A stretch of DNA of 64,000 nt, taken from positions 12,777,843 to 12,841,842 of the forward strand of contig OZ199838.1 in NCBI GenBank assembly GCA_964304625.1. Direction: 5' to 3'. Every line of letters starts with the position of its first letter. Within the stretch, counting starts at the first letter, position 1. The notes under the pieces are model-generated. The model did no database searches. It was given only the letters and a program-made list of their open reading frames with translations, and was not told the origin of the DNA. The position numbers and the translations under genes were made by a program. This document shows positions 54,495 to 64,000 of the stretch, piece after piece. This DNA is from Kudoa neothunni. Lineage: Eukaryota > Animalia > Cnidaria.

Positions 54495-56812
54495 CCCTCT
54501 AATTGATTTGGGATGTATTACGCCCCAAAGCATTTTTATTCTGACCATAAAATCTCGCGCTTTTTTCAAATCTTTAAAATTTAGGCTGTTCTCCTAAGTT
54601 TTTGAAGTCTAACATTTATTAAAATATAACGAAAAAAAATTGGTTCACCCCCTAAAAAATCCACCTTCCAACCAACCTGGGGTAAATATCACCTAGATTT
54701 TTTTGCTTAAATTTACGTTAAAAATTATTTTAATTTTATTAAAAAATTCTATCGTAAGAATTTAGAGAAAAACTGAAATTACTGCACCAAGTAATCTACT
54801 TCGGCTTATTTCGATGACAGTGTGCATTCCTGGTGTTAACCACGATGAATATAACTCGCCTTTCCGCACGCATAATAGCCTTGTTTTCTTAATTATAAAA
54901 ACCCTGGGTCAAAAATAATTATGCTTAATTTTTTTATTGATTTTAACTAAACGTTAATGCGATGATTCAGTTCTGATTATAAATATGCCTCTAAATAATA
55001 GAGGGGTTTACCCGAATAACACTTAGTACACAAACAAGTTCCTGGAGATAAATTACAACGAGTGACCATGATAAATTTTTTGATGACAGTCTGTCTTCTG
55101 GGAGTGAATTGGATGATTGCTTATTAGAACCATCGTATTATTCTGACGAAATTCCAGAAAGTTAATTTTCTTATAATGCTACAACAAGGAAAAACGGAAT
55201 TCTCTCGACAGCAAAGAATCCCACTTCATCGAGGTTATCCATAAAGAATGTTACGAGTTCCCATCCTGTCCCAACCGCATACGCTACACAACGGGTCACA
55301 AATATTTTGGATTGCATTGTTATATTTTTCACAACCCAAATTTACGAATAGATGACAAAGTTTATAAATATATTTGGGAAAGTCAGATTTCATGACTCAT
55401 GGATTGATCTGGATAAAATAGAATTTAAAGGATTCTTGGGAACCCTAATATTAATGACTGTTCCTAAAGATGGAGAGGAGCCACTGACTGAACTTTTCAG
55501 TTTAATTGAAAGGAAGCCTATCTATCGACAACTCTTCACTTATCACCGATTTCGGAAAATATTAAGACGTCTTCATTTTGATGAGCAGTTAGTATCTTTT
55601 AGAGGAAGTGTCCATTTAGGCAATATATGACATTGAAACCAGCGAAATACGGGTTGAGGTTTTTCCTTCGTGTCGATCCTTTGGAAAGTTATATCGTAAA
55701 TATTTCTGCATACCTTGGAAAAAACGGAGATGAAACTGGCCGAAGCTATAGTGTTGGAGAAAGTATTGTCTTGTCATTAGCAGCCCCGTTGATTCATTCC
55801 GAAAGAACAATTGTGACGAACAACTTCTTTTCATCTTTAAGTTAGCGACCAAGTTATTAGAGAGGCAGTTAACGTATCTAGGGACCATTAGACAAAACAA
55901 AAGAGAATTACCATCATGTGTTCTTCCTTCCGAACGCAGAGAGTTGTACAGCACCATCTTCGCATTTAAAAAAAAGTGTTAACAAGAAAAGGACGTGTGT
56001 GGTTCTTTTATCGAATGGGATTATTAACACAAAAATTTATAGTCAATGTGAAAAGAAAAAGCCCCAAACAATATTGTGGTACAACAAAACAAAAGAGGCA
56101 GTGGACACTGTCGACAGAATGTTGTCGTCTGTCTCTGTAAAACGATTTAACAGGAAATGGCCCATGGTTGTATTTTTCAATATTGTCGACTTATCATTAA
56201 TAAATGCTTCTGCATTAAAAAAAACATATATAATGATAAAACGAACGTAAGGCTCACTTTTTTGAAGGAAATGACCCAGATCCAGTACCAGCCGCTGATG
56301 AACAGAAACATGACAATAAATAATCATCAAAAGATCTTCTTCATCATCTATCCAAAATCCAAGTAACTTATTGTCATAAATAAAACAAGGGCGTTGCGTG
56401 TTTTGCTCAAGCCAAAATGACAAAATCATCCAATAAATTTTCAAATTGTAGTAAATTCTATTGCAAATTTCATTCTTCGAATAAATGTACTGGTTGTGCC
56501 TAAGTTAAATTCTCATTTCATTTTGCTATTTTATCAGAATTTATTTTATTTAAAAATGTCGTTTTATGGCTGTTTGATAATATTGTTTTACTTTAGTTTC
56601 TTCCGGAAACGTACGATACATAACCGAAACTAATCAAATGAGATTATTTAATGCAGTAATTTCGGGCTTTCTCAAAATTCTTACGATAGAATATTTTATA
56701 ATCTGCAAATCGAATTCAAATAATTTTTAAAGTAAATTTAAGCAAAAAGGTCTAGGGTGATATTTTACTCAAGTTGGTTGGGGGGGGGGTATTTTTTTCG
56801 TAGTTTAGAGGG
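54495..56812 (+). mobile_element. Near full-length decayed piggyBac transposon
   Basis: TTAA-CCCTCTAA ... TTAGAGGG-GTAA. Long subterminal inverted repeats (~54660-54790 vs ~56655-56790). LHFDEQLVSFRG, KPAKYGL, TNNFFSS, YNKTKEAVDTVD, RKWPMVVFF and a Cys-rich tail. Confidence 0.92.
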
Positions 56813-56816
56813 GTAA

Positions 56817-57674
56817 CCCTCCAGGGACAGTGCGCGAAAAAATCACACGCGTTCCGGTGAGAGGTCCCGCGGGACCCCACAAGTTCTCTATTATAATAAG
56901 TTGATTGCACATTGTAACGAAAATCATGACAAATGAAAGTTTATAAATATCTTATTGAACCATTTAAAATTCAATTTAAATGTAAATTTTTCGAGAAAAA
57001 TCTAAAAAAATCCGTCGAAAGTATACTGCTAATACATACCATTCAACGAATGTTCTTCTAGACAAAAATTGCAAAATCGTGTTTCCATTAAACATTAGGT
57101 TAGGAAATGGGATGAAAAAATCTTTAAACTATTTATAGATGAGTTTATACAAGCATTGCCCCTCTGAGTCCGTATGTCCAAAAAGTTTCGGTAATCCCAA
57201 AAATGTATTCAGCGCGTATTATGAACTGCTGTCGTTATCATTGTTTAAATTTGAATAATAAATTATCATAACACAAATACTTCGTGAGTTACTATCGAGC
57301 AAAATTATTTGATATTAACACTGATCCTACTAGGTCTCGTGACCACTCGGAGAAATTTAAAACCCACCAAAAATTTAGAAATATACTTCATATTAATATT
57401 ATATTAGATATATTTATTCATATTCACAAATACTCCTTAAACCTGACTCAGTTGGAGGGATTTTAAATAATTTTTATTTTGCACCCTACTAAAGAACGCA
57501 TTTTCTAAAATCTTTGAGTATTAGAAATTTTAACTAATACCATAGTTTAATTAGAAACCTTACAGCTAAAGATTAGATGGGCTTTCAAACGTTGTTACAG
57601 TTACATTAATAGAGAAAAAAAAATCAAAATAACCTGAACTGGGGCCCCGAGAGACCCTGCACCGCCCGAGAGGG
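56817..57674. mobile_element. piggyBac-type MITE abutting the previous element
   Basis: CCCTCCAGGGACAGTGC ... GCACCGCCCGAGAGGG-TTAA. Subterminal GGTCCCGCGGGACC palindrome. Confidence 0.75.
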
Positions 57675-58475
57675 TTAAATGAGTTTATACAGTAATCGAA
57701 AACTAAATATTTTTTTATAAGAGCGGTGCAGTATAACAGTCGTAGGTCACATTTGTTGTGGGTGCGCTAATATTTTTCATACCAAAACAATACTCAATAT
57801 ATTAAAGCACAACGCTGCGATAAATACATGCAAAAAGGAGTCATAAATTTGAAAAATTTAGATTTAAGTTATATTTGGTTAAGATTTGTTTCCATAAAAG
57901 TCACAATCGAAATTAATTGCATTTGCCAAAATCACTTAATTTTTGACCATCCCTGACCAACACTCTGTTACCTTAAGAAGTAAGATTAGGTTACCCCGAG
58001 TTAAGATTCTTTCGAAGGTTAAATTCCCATAATAATTTAGAAAGTAGGATAAAGCGAAGAATTACAGGTGGCCCACAGCAATCGTAGGTCCTGCCTAACC
58101 AGCCAGATATCAGAGCCTAACAAACTACGGCAGGAGTTTTATCTTGTAAACGAAATAGACAAAACGACAGTCCTCTTTATGCATAGTTATTTCATGCTCA
58201 GAGAATATAGCTGAAATGACTTCATTAAATATGTATTACATTCAAGCTTACTAAGAAATTTTTGGTGCACGTTATACATACTTTAAGAATTAATTAATTT
58301 ATTAAAGTGTTTTTTATTTACGATAAGGCAACATAAAAGAGTGAGTCTACGTAATATTTACAAGGCGAAAATGAATTAAACAAAAGAATATGTGACGAGA
58401 GTATTGTAAAAGATTTGTTGTAAAATAAATATAAAAATGTGATTGAACTGAACATCAGTTGTAGAGGAGCTAAAA

Positions 58476-58984
58476 TAGGGGTCGACAACCTTTACGAGTG
58501 ACATGCCGAATAGGCATCCCCTAACTCTAATGCTAGCCATATTAAGATCAATCTACTAAAATGTTAAATTATTCTTGATTTAAATATATAAATAAGAATT
58601 TTTAAAAGTTATATAAGCAATAAAAATCCGTCAAATAAAAATTATTATATTATTATTTTTAAATGCACTGTAATCGACTCATGCTTAATTTGTGAATGCT
58701 CGATTTATTGTACGACGTCAAATAACATGAGATGTACCTATAAGCATTTTTAAAATATTTTTCATTTATATAGAAAAAATTTTAACGTTATTTGGCATTC
58801 ATATTTATTCTGGGGTTTCTGATTTAATGGAAATAAATTTAGTCGGCGAAAGTGTTATTTCAACAACCTATTAATATTTTAAAAAATGATGTCGATAAAA
58901 AAATTCAAAATTATTAAGGTATTTTGGACATGAAAAAATTGTATATCAGTCAATGCATGGCGGGCCGTAGGTCGCCTACCACTG
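58476..58984. mobile_element. hAT (Buster-type) MITE, 509 bp
   Basis: TIRs TAGGGGTCGACAACCT / AGGTCGCCTACCACTG. TSD AGCTAAAA / AGTTAAAA (7/8). Confidence 0.78.
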
Positions 58985-59507
58985 AGTTAAAAGATACGGA
59001 GAAAACATCTGTTAAAGTTTCAACCAAACTTAAATATGTTGGAAAAATTATAACCACATTTCATAGTAATAGTAATTCTAATTAAAAATTTATTACGAGT
59101 AACTTACTAAGAAATTTATATTATATCGTTGAATAATGGCCAACCATCGAAAATAATAGTTGTGTGATATTTATCTTAATTTCAACTCATCTTACTTCCC
59201 TGCTTATAACTTGTAAGTCACAACTCAAAAAAAATTTAACTTAATCCGCTCATATGTAATTATATGTAATTAATAATGATGTCTGCTCTAATAAATTTCA
59301 GATACTTATTCACGATTCGCTAGGGATTAATTAAAACAGTTCACCTGCTGTTCCTGGAAAGCACCAAATCATGTGAGACACTCGGCAATTATGTGTGAAC
59401 AACGACGCATTAACCCAAAATATATCAAAGCCCAGCTTACAAACTATTTTCCGGCCAAATAAATTATCATGCTATGTTTGATAGATGAATAGTTGTATTA
59501 TAGAGAA

Positions 59508-60520
59508 TCATAGCATTAAACTCAAAACTGTGTAACACAGGTCGATTTGTAAACAAAAGACTACAGCCAAAGAAACAAAATTAGTGTAACGTGAATATAT
59601 TTTAATGGAAATGTCATTGGTTGGGTTGGAATGGGTTAGACTCGTTGGTAGACAACTTTCTTGTGACCGAAGAACACCATGCATCCGATAATATTTGCAA
59701 ACAGCTAGATGCGTAACGTTTAAAATTGTCAACTATGATAATTTCATCAATAAAAATACCATAAGACCTGTTATTATTCCAAGAACAACCATTGTAATTG
59801 GGTAGAAGTGTTTATATCGCTCAGAAAACTTTGTGTAGCAACCATCTTTGTACAAGTACTTGCTTGATGGGGTACACTCTTTTTGGTTTGAACAACAGGA
59901 ATCGGGTATTTTATCGCTGAATTGACGATAACTTTTAATACCACAACATCCAAACTAAGGTAGATATGATGGATGAGCTATTACGACCATTCAGATTACT
60001 TTCGTTTGAATAACGTCAATAATTTTCCTACTGGTTTCGTGGCTGTCATAAGTATCGAAAGCCTCTGTTAAACATTTTTCTGTGGCGCTCAATATCTAGA
60101 TCACAACCCAAGTCAATCAGGAGGTATAATCGTGTGAAGCATTCCACATGACAATCCAATATACATACTAGATTCCTGTTGGTACCACCATAAACAAGCA
60201 AGCCAGTCATAGCAATAACAAACAGCACCGAAATGGTGGTGTATATCGAACCCAACCAAGTTTTACCAGTACACAACGAGATATAACCCAACACAACAAT
60301 TCCAAGATATAACGAGCCCATAATAATACCTATTTTAGGGATGGAAATACTCAACGGATGAGAGCATAAATTTCCATATAAAGATTGACTCATAAGACCG
60401 GTGGAAAGTAGCGCTATGCCTAGCACCTAAGGAAATAGTCACAAAACCCAATTACTAATGTATCATCCGTACCAACGGCAAAATAGTGAGAGTAACATAA
60501 AGGCACTTCTGCACACCCAT
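59508..60520 (-). CDS. Tetraspanin, paralogue 2 (multi-exon)
   Basis: TMs in ORF 60046-60426. EC2 FGCCG..IPDSCC..EC..YKDGC. TM4, then an extended tail in ORF 59508-59732. Exon layout parallels paralogue 1. Confidence 0.88.
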
Positions 60521-61381
60521 CAACAAATAGTACCTACTACAGAAGGGTTCGGTAATACCGCAAATTCAACTTTAAGCTAAGCCCTGATTAGCGGATTGTT
60601 TAATATTTAATTTATCTATTATGTCAGCAATACCTATTTGAGAAATTCCTATATTCTACTATTAAAATAATATTTTTTTATAGTTTTCGAAATTCAGATA
60701 ACAAATTGTACACACAAAACTCCCAGCGGATGTATATATTTTAGAGAAAACATCAAGCAGATAAAAACTAACTTATCCAACTCATATATTAGATTAACAT
60801 CGAGATCAATAGATTTAACATAAAAACAATCGAACGACATAATTCGCAATTTTTTCACATAATTATAATCGAGGGATTTTACGAGGATAATTTGATAAAC
60901 AATATTCATTTGAACGATTTTTGGTAAGATACGATCTAACACGAATAAACAACCTGATTAGTATTACTAACAAACAGTCGCGTTTTCAAATTTGATGATG
61001 TTTGGTGTGAAATAACTGGTAGTGAGATTGCCATTACAGCCATCGGTAGCCTAATTATAATATAATTCATCCATAATTAACAGTCATTCCTCATTGATCT
61101 AATTTAATCACCCAAATCTTGGTTGTTCGACATTAAATAACCTCATCTAGTTAAGCTGTTGGTAACGTGTTAATATACCAATCAATGCAATAAAAAACTC
61201 AACGTTTTGTCGGTAAATCTCGTTTTAATTAATAAAAACTAAATCTACCGACAAAATTATTTTTATTAATATTTTTAGAAAGTGGTTATTCGCGTGGTAA
61301 ATAATATTCAGAGGTCGTTAATTTAACTATATTTAATTATTTCTGGCCCATCACTTCATTATTGGGAGCTAGAAATAATGA

Positions 61382-61402
61382 TATATATATATATATATAT
61401 AT
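61382..61402. repeat. (AT)n microsatellite
   Basis: About ten AT units. Confidence 0.9.
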
Positions 61403-64000
61403 CAGATTATAAAAAATTAAATCTTTATTCAAACTGTGAAGATTAAAAATTATCACCGCGCACGCGTATGCGCGTTTAGGACCAGAATTTACCATTCAAT
61501 TAACCTCTGCCATATTTTATGATAATAAATTTTAAGCCGATGAGACTATCTTGTTAAATATTTGATGGGAAAATTTGAGTTGTTGTATGTGCGGAACGTT
61601 TTATTGGATTATTTTTTAAAACACATTTGTCGGTATTGCTTATTAAATATCTCTAACTTTTTATATTATTTAAAAACAAAAAACGAAACTTCTATTTAAC
61701 ACATAATTACGGAGATAATGAATTAATATTATTATAATGACGTGATAAGCGATTATCTTAGATGTAATTAAACTCATTTTCGTGACAACCCATCTCCACG
61801 TTTTCACGTTCTGTGATTTATCACTATATGGAGAGTTTTGATGGGCCTAATTCTGCTAGGCATATAAGGAGCAATAGTCCTTAAATAATCCAATCTTATG
61901 GTAGTCAATCAAACTTATCAGGCCTGCTTAATTACTTATTCATTTATTTTAGTAATTTTCGGGCAGTTTTAGACGTACAATCGTTGAGGGTACATTTAAA
62001 TAAGCATAATTTTTTCTCGATGTGGAAAAAAACTAGAGTTGTAATAAGACCTAGGTATTTCTTAACTTTAAATTATCGATCATAATGTTAATTAAACATT
62101 TCACGGCGTTTGATCTTGATACAGAGTTTCCACTTCAAGATGCACTTAGGTCGGATCTACTTTCGCAGAGCTCGTGCTATAGCTTTATGACGAGTCAACA
62201 TTGACCTATGCTGGATCAACTTGAACAAAGCTTGCGCTATTGTTTCATGTGGAATCAACATTCATCTAAGTCGGATTTAGTTGTGTTAATACAAAAATTC
62301 AATAAACTATTCATTCTCCGTATGTATAATTTTAGACAAATTAAGATTAATAATGACTGCAATAAATTAAACATTGCTTTGCCGACATTTCGATAGGTGT
62401 ATTCATTATTTCATTAATGAACGGCTCTTTATCTTTGAGTATTCTCATCAACGATGCATTTTACTTGGTTCAATAGTTTTTGATTAAAATTAAGAAAGTA
62501 AAACTTTGGAAAACTTCGTTTCATCAACCATTCCTATAGGGCAGTGGTTCCCGCACACTTACGGGATGTGAACTATGGGTTTGGGGAGTGAGGTTCGACC
62601 ACAATGGAAAGAAATTTTAGAGAAATTTTAAGCCGGTTACACATTATCCTATGCAGAGGGGGACGAATTTCGTTTTGTCATCAATTGGGGAGCGCTACTG
62701 TAAGGATATTGGCCATTTTCATAGGAACTGGCCGCATTAATGATCCACAAATTATATGAGACTTGTTTAGTTTTGCAGTCAAATACGAAGTGTCGTATGA
62801 TATGACTAAAATTGGGTTATCAACCGACACAAAACCAATGACAGATAAAATATTTATCTAATCGGATTTTATTCTTTTAGGCTTAACATCAGCGATTATA
62901 ACATTTCTATATCTGTCATTTACACGGGGTTTAAAAAAATCATTACGTACTCATGCAGGCACAAGGCTATAATTTCTTAGTACAGCTTTACACAACATAC
63001 ATTATGGATACTGTCATTCACCGTCATAGGTTACCACAGGGAACCCATATTCAATACATTATAACGACAACCTTTGCGACATTTTGTGGATATTTATAAT
63101 AATTAGCATTATTAAATAAAAACAACGAATGGGTCCCTTTATATACGATTAGACATTAAAGGTTTACAACGCAGAATGTTTATTGCGCAGAGAGGCGATG
63201 TATTCATTATAATTTTAGCGTAATAGATAAAGATGAGTAATTGAATTTTGAATATGTATTATTGTAAAATCTAAAAAAGTTAATTTTTTCCAATATTTTT
63301 TAATTCTACCAGTAATATCTGCAGTTAAATGAAAGTTGATAACTTAATTTGAATTTCCACGTCCATCGAAACCCCTGTTGGGAAACATTAGGTTAACCTT
63401 AATGTAAAAATTCCATGTGTAGCTGTTAAGGATTAACAAAGCGTTTTCAACGCAGAAATAAAATAAGTGTATATTCAAGCGAATTAAAACGCCGTAATAA
63501 AATTTAAAGCCCAAACCCATCAGTTGTATTTTATAGAAAAATAAATTGATAAAATTTTAATATTCGATGAATAAGAAATATCTTTATACATTAGTAGAAT
63601 TAATTTAGCAACCTCTCGGTTATTCTGAAAATAACCCTTTACCGTAAGAATGATCATTGTTATTTCGCTGAAGGAAGACGAAATTATTAGTCCTATTAAA
63701 ATATTTGACTAAGGTTTAATAAAAAATATAATTCGCTGGTATGATAGGACAAGTCGCATAATTACTAAAATAATTTTCTTAACTGATGCTGATTTGTTGA
63801 AATACAAAGCACAATAAATATAACTATGGATTTTAAAAACGAATACAAAAATGGATATCATTGAAGAAAATAGCGTATATTTTGAAACTATTAACAATTA
63901 GGAGATAATTTTTTCTAAAAACGAGTCAACACGTTCAAGTGTGATCGAGTTGCTAAGAGCGAAAAGTGGATCAGCACTAAAAATTTCATCTACTTCAACG

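Noticed and set aside
61335-61380. Hairpin ATTATTTCTGGCCC...GAGCTAGAAATAAT, similar to ~31567-31610
   Set aside because: Most simply an internal fragment of a repeat family. No evidence for a structured RNA.
62542-63390. Possible hAT MITE (CAGTGGTTCCC ... GGGAAACATTA)
   Set aside because: TIRs are weak and the flanking octamers CTATAGGG / GGTTAACC do not match.

Overview
AT-rich eukaryotic DNA, almost certainly animal, with many ~40-60 bp spliceosomal introns and highly divergent proteins. A reduced parasite such as a myxozoan cnidarian is my inference and is not shown by the sequence. Host genes assembled by hand: an orphan secreted protein, two convergent Na+/K+-ATPase beta-subunit paralogues, Sec12/PREB, a spliced Nup98-Nup96 polyprotein, GOLGA7, a second orphan secreted gene and two tetraspanin paralogues. 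Much of the remainder is decayed, often nested, transposable elements: pogo/Tigger, piggyBac, hAT (Buster and Tip100/ZMYM1-like), MITEs with recognisable TIRs/TSDs, a tRNA-derived SINE, a 167-bp solo-LTR-like insert and Helitron-like ends. I found no clearly new multi-gene system. The most unusual observations are a Nup98 with almost no FG repeats (LG/LLG instead) and a near N-terminal GLEBS, the degenerate tail-to-tail beta-subunit pair, and host-type introns inside pogo transposases. Exon boundaries were derived manually and some are approximate.
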